From a virus (lineage: Duplodnaviria > Heunggongvirae > Uroviricota > Caudoviricetes): 33,679 nucleotides of DNA. Each line of letters begins with the position of its first letter. Position 1 is the first letter of the stretch. Location of the stretch: the IMG/VR virus record IMGVR_UViG_2541047882_000006; one strand, 5' to 3'. The translations under genes and the position numbers were made by a program. Shown here in pieces: positions 10,386 to 18,786 of the stretch. Under the pieces are notes generated by a model. It was given only the letters and a program-made list of their open reading frames with translations, was not told the origin of the DNA and made no database searches.

Positions 10386-10394
10386 ATAACCTCA
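10386..10394. repeat. 9-bp target site duplication ATAACCTCA (right copy) flanking IS903
   Basis: See left copy. Confidence 0.8.
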
Positions 10395-10443
10395 TTCAAT
10401 GCGTCCCCCTGTAGTGCAGTACCACAGGGGGAATAACGGAAAA

Positions 10444-10872
10444 TCAACTAATCGCATCAGCACTGGCTTTTGCGATCACGGCAGTCGGGGAGCATTTTTT
10501 TCTGGTTGTCGGCTTTTTACCCTGAGCAACAAGCATCGCAAACTTAGCCTGCTGGTCAGAAATGCCGAATTCATCGGGACAGAACGAAAATTCCTCCGCG
10601 TCGCCCTCATTCAGGCCCGCATCGAATACTGGCTTTTTTTCCTGAGATTTTTCGTTCCGCTTTTGTGCAGTCTGCGCAGATTTTTTCTGCGCACTTTTTT
10701 GCGCAGTTTTGCACATTTCTGTCTGCGCATTTTTCGGAGTTTTTTTGATGTAACGACGGGCTGTTGCGTAATTCAGTCCCCTTGCTTCACACCATGCCAC
10801 CGGAGATATACCGGAGCGGGTGTATTCAGCAATATACTCCTGCTGCAACGCCCCCCAGTCCGGTCTGCTCAT
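10444..10872 (-). CDS. small-terminase-like DNA-binding protein (resembles Rac YdaY region)
   Basis: 142-aa track ORF; N-terminal helix-turn-helix-like segment (ISPVAWCEARGLNYATARRYIKK) followed by a basic, low-complexity tail. Assignment by sequence impression only. Confidence 0.45.
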   Translation of the reverse strand: MSRPDWGALQQEYIAEYTRSGISPVAWCEARGLNYATARRYIKKTPKNAQTEMCKTAQKSAQKKSAQTAQKRNEKSQEKKPVFDAGLNEGDAEEFSFCPDEFGISDQQAKFAMLVAQGKKPTTRKKCSPTAVIAKASADAIS

Positions 10873-10875
10873 CAG

Positions 10876-11127
10876 TTAGTCCTGATTTTTATCCACCCTG
10901 AGTAGTTCGCGCAGAGCAAAGGCATCCCCTTTTCTGGCAAGCTTAAACAATGCCGCTCGTAACTCGGCTTCACCTTTCGCTCTGCCCTTACGGATGGCCG
11001 CATAAAAATCTGTCATTGCTTCCCGATTTTCTTTCAGTCGGTTCAGATCAACATCCAGAACGTCAGCGATTTGTTGTGCAGTCATCCGGCACGCTGCCAG
11101 AGACTCGACTTTCGAATACGGAATCAT
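10876..11127 (-). CDS. small HTH protein (resembles Rac YnaK / terminase small subunit N-terminal fragment)
   Basis: 83-aa track ORF; TAQQIADVLDVDLNRLKENREAMTDFY resembles terminase small-subunit DNA-binding domains. Confidence 0.45.
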   Translation of the reverse strand: MIPYSKVESLAACRMTAQQIADVLDVDLNRLKENREAMTDFYAAIRKGRAKGEAELRAALFKLARKGDAFALRELLRVDKNQD

Positions 11128-11995
11128 TTGTCACCCCCATTGATATGCAGGGTGTCTTCTTCCTGTATTTTTCGTGAAGGATTTTTACTGCAGCGTTGTT
11201 CCAGGTGACCTGATGGTGAATGCGTTTATGGCTGGCACCCATCAGTGAGATTTTTACGCACGACGGCGCATACATGACGGAGTAAAAACTTTTAACGTAG
11301 GTTCCGGAATCCAGATACAGCTCGGTCATTCCGCCGCTGTTTTTCTGCGTCTGTTTCTGCCCTAACTGGACAGCACCGATCGTCATAAACAATTCACCAC
11401 AGCGACCGAGATTCGTGTACGTATTCACATCCTCGTTAATGCGCCCCATGAATGAGAACGGTCGATCAACCGAACAGATAAAGCTGTTCATTGCCTTGCG
11501 TTTCACCCACGAAGCATGGCCGCCATTGTCACCAAGAAAATCCCCGCCCTGCGACATAGCGATGGAAAGAGCAGGTATTGATTCGTAGTACGCCAGCATT
11601 TCAGAAAGGATCGCATCCAGTTTCCTTATCGGAAAATAGGCCTGGTCATAGTTGCGATCCACCCGAAACTGGAACTCGTGATAATCATCATCGAGCTGAA
11701 TGAAGTATTTACACCCGACCAGTTTTGCCAGGTCGAAACAGGCATTACGGGCGTAAAAAATTGAGCGGCGGTCACAGAAATTATCGGCTTCGTCAAAACG
11801 ACTGGCGATATCGGCTTTGGAAAACACCAGCACCTGTTCACCAAATTCAGCCATGTACTGATGCCGTGTCTTATCTTCATCATCAACAACGATAAAAATT
11901 TTCCCGGTATAGCCAGCACGACGCAACGTCCGGTAAGTCAGAACTTTGTCCGGTCGCCCGTGAGTCAGAATAAAGGCGCAAAAATCATCACGCAT
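11063..11995 (-). CDS. hypothetical 310-aa protein, possibly a nucleotide-sugar transferase-like (GT-A-like) fold
   Basis: Track ORF 11063-12016; start moved to the internal ATG (MRDDFCAF) preceded by GGAGG and overlapping the ParB-like stop (ATGCGTGA), suggesting translational coupling. Two acidic DxD-like motifs (FIVVDDEDK, IQLDDDYHEF). Fold assignment is speculative. Confidence 0.5.
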   Translation of the reverse strand: MRDDFCAFILTHGRPDKVLTYRTLRRAGYTGKIFIVVDDEDKTRHQYMAEFGEQVLVFSKADIASRFDEADNFCDRRSIFYARNACFDLAKLVGCKYFIQLDDDYHEFQFRVDRNYDQAYFPIRKLDAILSEMLAYYESIPALSIAMSQGGDFLGDNGGHASWVKRKAMNSFICSVDRPFSFMGRINEDVNTYTNLGRCGELFMTIGAVQLGQKQTQKNSGGMTELYLDSGTYVKSFYSVMYAPSCVKISLMGASHKRIHHQVTWNNAAVKILHEKYRKKTPCISMGVTNDSVFESRVSGSVPDDCTTNR

Positions 11996-12779
11996 ATTCC
12001 TCCTCCTCACCACCATGCATGATCTCCACCATGCGCTGCGTCATCCGGACAAATCCATTTTCAATAGCCTGCTGATAATCAATGATCACCAGCGCCGACT
12101 CCTCGAAAAAACACTGAATTTCAGCGGGGGCGTGAGCGTAATAGTCCGCAATTCTGCTGAAATTAAACACCGTGTGACGTTCTGCCGCACACAGGAGGAA
12201 TTTCTCAATATCAGGCTCAAGGGACGCCGAACGTATCCGGCTGATCAGCTCCTGAGTTTTCGTATCGTCGTACAGTTCACTGATATCCGGTTTACCGCCC
12301 GACGGCTCATAAACAGGCGTATCAATTTTCGTCGTATACGGCTCCTCCTCATTTCCTGTACCGGGCAAAACATCCGTCAACAGTTCATCAATTTCTGTCG
12401 GGATGAAGCCTGTCAGGGAGACATCAAAATCAGCATTGATTAGGTCCGACAGCTCCATCCGCAACAGATCTTCATCCCAGCCAGCATTCATCGGCAGGCG
12501 ATTATCTGCCAGGCGGTACGCCTGTTTCTGCTCATCCGTCAGGCCAGACAGAACAATGACCGGAACAGAATCCATTTTGAGCATTTCAGCCGCCATAACA
12601 CGACCGTGACCCGCAATAATTTCGCCCTTTTCGTCAATCAGCACCGGATTAGTCCAGCCGAATTGCTTAATACTTTCTACCAGTTGTGCCACCTGCTCAG
12701 TACTGTGCGTCCTGGCGTTGTGCGCATACGGTGACAATTCTTGTAATGGGCGATAGACTATCTTTAATTTCTCGCTCAT
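11988..12779 (-). CDS. ParB-like nuclease domain protein (ParB/sulfiredoxin N-terminal fold) with C-terminal extension of unknown function
   Basis: 263-aa track ORF; ParB N-terminal-domain hallmarks (PLQELSPYAHNARTHS, IIAGHGR, QAYRLADNRL); AAGG ribosome-binding site upstream of the ATG. Confidence 0.7.
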   Translation of the reverse strand: MSEKLKIVYRPLQELSPYAHNARTHSTEQVAQLVESIKQFGWTNPVLIDEKGEIIAGHGRVMAAEMLKMDSVPVIVLSGLTDEQKQAYRLADNRLPMNAGWDEDLLRMELSDLINADFDVSLTGFIPTEIDELLTDVLPGTGNEEEPYTTKIDTPVYEPSGGKPDISELYDDTKTQELISRIRSASLEPDIEKFLLCAAERHTVFNFSRIADYYAHAPAEIQCFFEESALVIIDYQQAIENGFVRMTQRMVEIMHGGEEEEYA

Positions 12780-12916
12780 ACAGCCTTGCTTTATGAATAA
12801 AACGCACCCCAGCAGCCAGTGCTACTGGGGACGGAGGTGTTGCTGGTAAAGTTAGGTATTGGATCAATGAGTGAGTCAACATAATATTAAACTCACAATT
12901 ATAAATCAGCCATATA

Positions 12917-14374
12917 TTAGGAGCGCCAAAAAAAACCTGAAAACAATATAATAACAGGATAAATTTCAAGGCGACCAAGAATCATAGCTATGCACATTAA
13001 ACATTTTGCAATGTCATTAAGCACTCCGAATGACGATGCAGTAGCCCCAAAACCTAATCCCATATTATTAATACATGCAGCCACTGTTGCAAATGATGTA
13101 AGAAAATCATATCCCATACCATTTAACACCAGTATAAAAAACACCGTGAAGAGAGTATAAAGAAAAAAGAAACTCCATACAGACCTCATTACACGATCTG
13201 TAACTATCTTCCCTCCTACATTTACACTCAACAACGCTCTGGGATGAGAAAGCTGATTTATCTCGTGTTTGCTTTGTTTGAAAAGTATAAGAAATCGAAG
13301 TGACTTAATTCCACCACAAGTTGAACCTATACATCCCCCAAAGAAACTTGACAACAGCAAAAACACTATCGTATGCGTGGGCCAACTTGCATAATCCTGC
13401 GTAGCTAAACCATTATCAGTGAGCATGGAGCTGGCAAGAAAAAACGAATGAATAAAACTTCCATGCAAGTCATACATACCTATATGCCAGACCTGGAAAG
13501 AGGTAACAATGATCACCCCTAAGGCTATTAACAGAAAGAAACGAAGTTCAATATCTCTGATTAAAGGTTTTATCGTTTTCCTGCTAATAACAATATACCA
13601 AAGAGTGAAGTTGAAAGCCGATAGCAGGGAAAAAGAACCAGCCACCAGCTCAACCAAATAGTTATTAAAATATCCGATACTCTCGCTATGAGTTGAGAAA
13701 CCACCAAGCGAAACTGTGGAAATCCCGTGACAAATAGCATCAAACAAAGGCATTCCTGCAAGTCTATAACAGACAATACAAGCAATACCTAATAAAGAAT
13801 AAGTTATCCACAGTGTCCGTGACGTATCGGCCAGGCGGGGAGTGAGTTTGTCATCCTTAAATGGCCCCGGCATTTCTGACTGATAAAGCTTTGCACCACC
13901 AATACCCAATAATGGCAATACAGCAACCGCCAGAACAATAACTCCTAAACCACCTATAAAATTTAACTGTGACCGATAGTACAAATATGCCCGAGGTAAT
14001 GAACTAACATCATCAATTACAGTTGCTCCTGTTGTTGTTATTCCAGAAACCCCTTCAAACAGAGCATCAATGAACGTTAAATTAAGTTCTGAGTCAATCC
14101 ATAAAGGGAATGCACTAATAACAGAAAACAAAATCCAAAACATTACAATTATAATAAACCCATCACGGGTACGTAATTGAATGCCAGATTTCTTAGTTGT
14201 ATACCACGCTCCGCCACCAATGCAAAAAAATATAACGAAAGTTATAAAGAAAACGAACAGGCTTTTTTCTTTATAAAACAATGCTACAACCATTGGTGGC
14301 AACATTGAAAGACTATAGAGCCAAACCAGGAACCCACACATATGAGTAACAACTCTTACATGAGATGTATTCAT
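12917..14374 (-). CDS. trkG: Trk-system potassium uptake protein TrkG (prophage-borne TrkH paralog)
   Basis: Track ORF 12917-14392; start placed at MNTSHVRVVTHMCGFLVW to match K-12 TrkG (485 aa as recalled); polytopic membrane protein; AT-rich. Confidence 0.9.
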   Translation of the reverse strand: MNTSHVRVVTHMCGFLVWLYSLSMLPPMVVALFYKEKSLFVFFITFVIFFCIGGGAWYTTKKSGIQLRTRDGFIIIVMFWILFSVISAFPLWIDSELNLTFIDALFEGVSGITTTGATVIDDVSSLPRAYLYYRSQLNFIGGLGVIVLAVAVLPLLGIGGAKLYQSEMPGPFKDDKLTPRLADTSRTLWITYSLLGIACIVCYRLAGMPLFDAICHGISTVSLGGFSTHSESIGYFNNYLVELVAGSFSLLSAFNFTLWYIVISRKTIKPLIRDIELRFFLLIALGVIIVTSFQVWHIGMYDLHGSFIHSFFLASSMLTDNGLATQDYASWPTHTIVFLLLSSFFGGCIGSTCGGIKSLRFLILFKQSKHEINQLSHPRALLSVNVGGKIVTDRVMRSVWSFFFLYTLFTVFFILVLNGMGYDFLTSFATVAACINNMGLGFGATASSFGVLNDIAKCLMCIAMILGRLEIYPVIILFSGFFWRS

Positions 14375-14511
14375 ATCTAAATATTCTTTCAATTATAACC
14401 ACCTTGCTGCAATATTATGATTATACTGTATAAAATTTAACTCCTCTTAGATCTTACTTCACTGTTCCTTATGAAACAATCATCAAAATGAATCATATTG
14501 TAGTTAAGATT

Positions 14512-14976
14512 TTACTTTAAACACTGCTCGGTTATGTATTGCTGAGCACCTTCAAGTTGGGCCTGCATCATTACCAGTCGTTCCCGGAGGGTGAAATAAT
14601 CCCGTTCAGCGGTGTCTGCCAGTCGGGGGGAGGCTGCATTATCCACGCCGGAGGCGGTGGTGGCTTCACGCACTGACTGACAGACTGCTTTGATGTGCAA
14701 CCGACGACGACCAGCGGCAACATCATCACGCAGAGCATCATTTTCAGCTTTCGCATCAGCTAACTCCTTCGTGTATTTTGCATCGAGCGCAGCAATATCA
14801 CGCTGACGCATCTGCATGTCAGTAATTGCCGCGTTCGCCAGCTTCAGTTCTCTGGCATTTTTGTCGCGCTGGGCTTTGTAGGTAATGGCGTTATCACGGT
14901 AATGATTAACAGCCCATGACAGGCAGACGATGATGCAGATAACCAGAGCGGAGATAATCGCGGTTACTCTGTTCAT
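14512..14976 (-). CDS. i-spanin Rz
   Basis: Track ORF 14512-14988; start at [17 protein letters not shown] (N-terminal transmembrane helix) directly after the endolysin stop; coiled-coil periplasmic domain; contains the embedded Rz1 frame. Confidence 0.8.
   Translation of the reverse strand: MNRVTAIISALVICIIVCLSWAVNHYRDNAITYKAQRDKNARELKLANAAITDMQMRQRDIAALDAKYTKELADAKAENDALRDDVAAGRRRLHIKAVCQSVREATTASGVDNAASPRLADTAERDYFTLRERLVMMQAQLEGAQQYITEQCLK
14571..14756 (-). CDS. o-spanin Rz1 (outer-membrane lipoprotein), embedded in Rz in the +1 frame
   Basis: 61-aa track ORF; lipobox LVVVGC; proline-rich mature region ([16 protein letters not shown]); fully nested in Rz as in lambda and phage 21. Confidence 0.75.
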   Translation of the reverse strand: MRKLKMMLCVMMLPLVVVGCTSKQSVSQCVKPPPPPAWIMQPPPDWQTPLNGIISPSGNDW

Positions 14977-15470
14977 TGCTGACCCCACAAACAGATTTCA
15001 CGCTCAATCTCACGACGAGTCATGAGACCTTTCCATTGCTTACCGCCAGCATATGTCCAGCGACGTAGCTGATCACATGCGCCTTTGATATCGCCCTGGT
15101 TTATTTTGCGAAGAAGCGTCGATGTTCTGAAATTGCCAGCACCCACGTTGTAAACGAATGAGTAAAGAGCGCCGCGCGTTGTTTCCGGTATATCGACTTT
15201 GATGTACGGGTTAATTTGTCTGGCGACAGTGGCAAGGTCTTTATTCAAGAGTGTTTTGCATTCTGCTTTGGTATACGTTTTACCGAGCATGATGTCTTTT
15301 CCTGTATGCCCGTGACATACAGTCCATACACCAACAATATCTTTGTATGGTATGTAGCTGACACCTTCCAGACCATCGTTACCACTTGGGCCAGTGATTA
15401 ACACTGATGCTATAGCAATTGCTCCGCCACCAATAGCAGCAGCAACGACTTTTCGTAATGATGGAGGCAT
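14973..15470 (-). CDS. SAR endolysin (T4-lysozyme-type glycoside hydrolase with N-terminal signal-anchor-release segment, phage 21 R-like)
   Basis: 165-aa track ORF; N-terminal weakly hydrophobic Gly/Ala-rich segment ([18 protein letters not shown]); catalytic E-x8-D-x5-T pattern ([16 protein letters not shown]). Confidence 0.85.
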   Translation of the reverse strand: MPPSLRKVVAAAIGGGAIAIASVLITGPSGNDGLEGVSYIPYKDIVGVWTVCHGHTGKDIMLGKTYTKAECKTLLNKDLATVARQINPYIKVDIPETTRGALYSFVYNVGAGNFRTSTLLRKINQGDIKGACDQLRRWTYAGGKQWKGLMTRREIEREICLWGQQ

Positions 15471-15685
15471 TATTCACCTCTCGCAGCCTTGCGCTTATCT
15501 TCTTTAATCTTGAAATAAAGGTTTGTCAGGTACGTCAGCAGGCCAAATACCAGACTACCCAGCACACCGATTGCAGCCCACTGTGACGGAGTTACTCTAT
15601 CGAGCAACTGTAAAAACCAGTAGCCAGCACTGCCTGCGGAGGTGCCGTAGGCAATGCCTGTTGAAATTTTGTCCATGGATTTCAT
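15470..15685 (-). CDS. holin (phage 21 S-type pinholin)
   Basis: Track ORF 15470-15742; start placed at [14 protein letters not shown] (dual-start motif MKSM); two transmembrane segments; C-terminal [13 protein letters not shown] recognised as S21-like. Confidence 0.8.
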   Translation of the reverse strand: MKSMDKISTGIAYGTSAGSAGYWFLQLLDRVTPSQWAAIGVLGSLVFGLLTYLTNLYFKIKEDKRKAARGE

Positions 15686-15936
15686 AGCCTCACCTCCGCA
15701 CGGAACGGATGGCATAGTTATTATGTGTAGGCTTTCAGACACATCAATCAGAGCCTTAATTGATATATATGCTGGAGACGATGCAATATAAAAAGCTCGC
15801 CGTAGCGAGCTAATAAAATGTATTTCTCTGATATTATGTTTATTTGTATTAGCTCAGACTTGACATCACAGGTTTCGTATATAGAACATCATCAAATCTG
15901 TCAGTTTGCTATGAATGAGATATAGTAATTGAAGAG

Positions 15937-16332
15937 CTAACCTCGCATGTCAAAGCCAGATTTCTGAAAATCTCTGTAGACTTCCGGATTGTTGAAGGCC
16001 GGAAATTTGGCTTTATGAGCTGCGGACTTTATCGCTTCGCAATAGGCTTTATCACCGTTACTGGTAGATATTTTTAACGCCGTGCCATCCTGAGAGAATT
16101 CCATATGCAACCTGCATTTTTTCCCTTTCCAGTTATGCGGCTCATCAAGTTTGGCATTAATTGCAGCTCTGATTCCCCGCGCTTGCGCCCCCCATTCATC
16201 CTGATCATCCCAGCGTCCTGAACTGCAACTACCTGTAGCAGTAGTTTTGTGGCAATCTGAAGGGTGTAAAGGTGTGCATCCCGCAACAAAACCGACCCAA
16301 AAAGTCAACATAACGATTTTCTTTAATCCCAC
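15937..16332 (-). CDS. lipoprotein with TolA domain III-like C-terminal domain (paralog 2, divergent)
   Basis: 131-aa track ORF; signal peptide and lipobox (FVAGC); C-terminal ~80 aa share the two-Cys pattern and the PEVY-x-F motif with the upstream paralog and with TolA domain III. Confidence 0.6.
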   Translation of the reverse strand: MGLKKIVMLTFWVGFVAGCTPLHPSDCHKTTATGSCSSGRWDDQDEWGAQARGIRAAINAKLDEPHNWKGKKCRLHMEFSQDGTALKISTSNGDKAYCEAIKSAAHKAKFPAFNNPEVYRDFQKSGFDMRG

Positions 16333-16482
16333 TTCTTGCTCCTCAATCCATTAAAATCTCAGCAATAGTAGTTGTTACGTCCGCCACTGGCTCAGAGCTG
16401 ACTATCCGCTAAATTTAGCTCAGTGCCGTAGCTGTGTCAGAACAAACCTAAGCCGAAACCGTTTATTACAAAACAATAAATA

Positions 16483-16911
16483 TCAGGGTTTAAAATCCAG
16501 CACCCCATTTTGAAATACTTTATATACTTCCGGCGAAGGGGGGGCAGGTATATCAGCATTCTTTATCGCATTCATCGCTTCACGACATAAATCGAGGTCT
16601 CCACTTTCTCTTTTAACCTCCAGTAGAAGGCCATTCGGGGCCATATGCATTCTCAGTGTACACTCTTTTCCTGAATACTTACTCGCATCCCCGAACTGTT
16701 TTTCGATGGCGCTCTTGATTTGATGGGCATACAGACGGATATCCTCACTAACATCAGAAGTACGTTCAGATGAACTCACATACTGTGTCTCTATTGCTTT
16801 ATCGGAGTAATATGATGTACGGTCATGATAATTTGTCGATACAGCATCAGTGCACCCGATAATAATCCCACTAATAATCAACGTAAGAATTGATGCGCTA
16901 CGAAAACCCAT
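16483..16911 (-). CDS. lipoprotein with TolA domain III-like C-terminal domain (paralog 1)
   Basis: 142-aa track ORF; lipobox IIIGC; C-terminus YAHQIKSAIEKQFGDASKYSGKECTLRMHMAPNGLLLEVKRESGDLDLCREAMNAIKNADIPAPPSPEVYKVFQNGVLDFKP aligns closely with the E. coli TolA C-terminus (...YAGQIKSAIESKFYDASSYAGKTCTLRIKLAPDGMLLDIKPEGGDPALCQAALAAAKLAKIPKPPSQAVYEVFKNAPLDFKP) as I recall it. Confidence 0.7.
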   Translation of the reverse strand: MGFRSASILTLIISGIIIGCTDAVSTNYHDRTSYYSDKAIETQYVSSSERTSDVSEDIRLYAHQIKSAIEKQFGDASKYSGKECTLRMHMAPNGLLLEVKRESGDLDLCREAMNAIKNADIPAPPSPEVYKVFQNGVLDFKP

Positions 16912-17849
16912 TTTTCCTCACATATGTCATATAGTAAAGGATTATATATACCGTTGTTTTGGACGCTCAAACAGCGAATCAGATCAAATAAAACGCACAT
17001 TTGTTAACATTTACACAAAGTCTGCGTGGGATATTCTGAAAGAATATCCATAATGTGGAGAGAATCTATTGAAGTGCATGGTGCCGGGTGCCTCCCGGTG
17101 AACAAAATGTTCGTGATACCTGTCGGCGACAGAAAAGGTTAATGGTATCACCCCACCGCACAGGGGGATTCACCATGCAGGAGTTTTCTTAGCAAACTCA
17201 CTGCGCGCCCGGCAACTCCCAACCACATAAAAATGCGGAGTTTGTGGCATTTATGCATATAACTCGCAGGAATTATCTTAAAAAACTGATGTCGATCCGG
17301 ATTAAAAAGAAGCAGGTCATCATCAGATGACTGGAAAAAAGGAAAACAAAAAATACTCATCATACAGTTTTGATTGCAGGGATGAGCCTGCTATGCACAA
17401 TATGCAGAATATAAGCAAGATAAAAATATGCAGGCATATTATTTCGGATTTTGTTATTAACACAACCTTTTTAATAATCATTTGGCATACAATAAACCAG
17501 CCCAGAAAGAACCGCCTAAACAGGCGGTTGGTCAATACAAAGGATGCTTCGTCTTTATTATAGTAATCTGAGGCGTCGGGTGTCTTGTATCAGACAACAT
17601 ATTGTCCCGCTAAACAGCGAATTACAAACCACCCTGCAATGATCTCTCATCTCATTTTATATGAGTTGACGACATCAGGATAACGCATCATCAGCCCCTG
17701 CCAAGAAATATCAAAACTCCCGCCAGCAATGTGTTATCACAATATTGTAAAAAAAACACAGCACCGAAACTATAACTGGTCTCTGTTATAATTTGGAGCA
17801 GAAAGACCAGTTGCCCAACTAGCAGCATTCTCCCCTGCTTTCCTGACGT

Positions 17850-17876
17850 AAAAAAACCGCATTAAGCGGTTTTTTT
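17850..17876. terminator. bidirectional intrinsic terminator; candidate late terminator tR' downstream of the Q-like gene
   Basis: Perfect inverted repeat AAAAAAACCGC-attaa-GCGGTTTTTTT: GC core stem with an A-run on one side and a T-run on the other, about 80 nt downstream of the Q-like stop codon. Confidence 0.6.
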
Positions 17877-17956
17877 ACGATGTCCATGTCTGCAATCCGC
17901 CTCGCGATACAGCTTTGCGAAGCATAGCAAAATTGAAGCAGTTTATACGTAAGAAA

Positions 17957-18499
17957 TCAAGCCATTTTCTCAGCAAATGATTCACGCATGGGAATATATA
18001 GGGCATACTCAGCAACAGCTAACCAATTAGCAATCCGTTTTTCGCATGTGCTAAAACACCACTCTGGGTGTGCATCATTTAGCAATTCAGCCATTTTGCG
18101 CTTAGTCATCCCCCGCCCTTCATAGCGTTGCCGGAGAATGCAAATCAATCCTGGATGCTCTGCCAGCACCTCACTTATGACTCGATCAATACATAACGCC
18201 TCTGCATCAGTACAATGCGCCAGCCAGCTCTTTTGCTTGCCGTTGATCATCTCTCGCAAAAACGCTTCCAGCTCAGCTTTCTCTATTCCCGCTTTTTTCA
18301 TTCTGCGCAGGGCTTCATTAATGGCTGTTTTCGTCAGTTTTTTGGATGCCAACAACTGATTGAACATATTCCCTGACCTGCCACCGCCAATATACGACCA
18401 GCGCCCCCACATACGTAGTTTTCCCTGAATCCAGACACTTTCCAGCGTGGTGAGGCGAAGGTGTTCTCCGCTTTTTCCTGTATTCGTTGGGTAAATCAT
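17957..18499 (-). CDS. putative late-gene antiterminator (Q-like), assigned mainly by position
   Basis: 180-aa track ORF immediately upstream of a terminator and the lysis cassette, following nin-type genes. No confident sequence match recalled. Confidence 0.4.
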   Translation of the reverse strand: MIYPTNTGKSGEHLRLTTLESVWIQGKLRMWGRWSYIGGGRSGNMFNQLLASKKLTKTAINEALRRMKKAGIEKAELEAFLREMINGKQKSWLAHCTDAEALCIDRVISEVLAEHPGLICILRQRYEGRGMTKRKMAELLNDAHPEWCFSTCEKRIANWLAVAEYALYIPMRESFAEKMA

Positions 18500-18786
18500 A
18501 AATGACCTTTCTTTCTCCAGATTTCTTGTGTGCGAAAAACCCCTTCAGCATGCATCAGGCGCAATTCTTCTTTGGTGTAATCGCTGGTTTTTACCCGCCC
18601 GTCGATTAGATCGTGGCATGAGCTACAGGCTATCGCCGCCTGCATATCGTGTGGTTTTGTCGCTGTTCCGCACGTCCCCGCCAGCCTGTAATGCGCCAGC
18701 ACAGAGGTTTCGGGATTGTGATTGCAGTAGCCAGGGATTCTGATCTGGCACATCTGGCCTTTAGCCGCTTTACGTAAATTCACCAT
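18496..18786 (-). CDS. YbcO-like nin-region protein (DUF1364-type, Cys-rich)
   Basis: 96-aa track ORF; LRKAAKGQMCQIRIPGYCNHNPETSVLAH...IACSSCHD resembles DLP12 YbcO as recalled. Confidence 0.6.
   Translation of the reverse strand: MVNLRKAAKGQMCQIRIPGYCNHNPETSVLAHYRLAGTCGTATKPHDMQAAIACSSCHDLIDGRVKTSDYTKEELRLMHAEGVFRTQEIWRKKGHL

Noticed and set aside
17080-17180. Possible tRNA or tRNA remnant in the Q-S interval (GC-rich structured stretch)
   Set aside because: I could not find a canonical T-loop (GTTCRANYC) with matching acceptor and T stems on either strand by inspection; left as unassigned structured RNA or DNA pending tRNAscan or Rfam.
17323-17563. Overlapping plus and minus ORFs (70-78 aa) in the AT-rich tract, one highly hydrophobic
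   Set aside because: The composition (T-rich codons) explains the hydrophobicity; no ribosome-binding site or conservation evidence; likely spurious.
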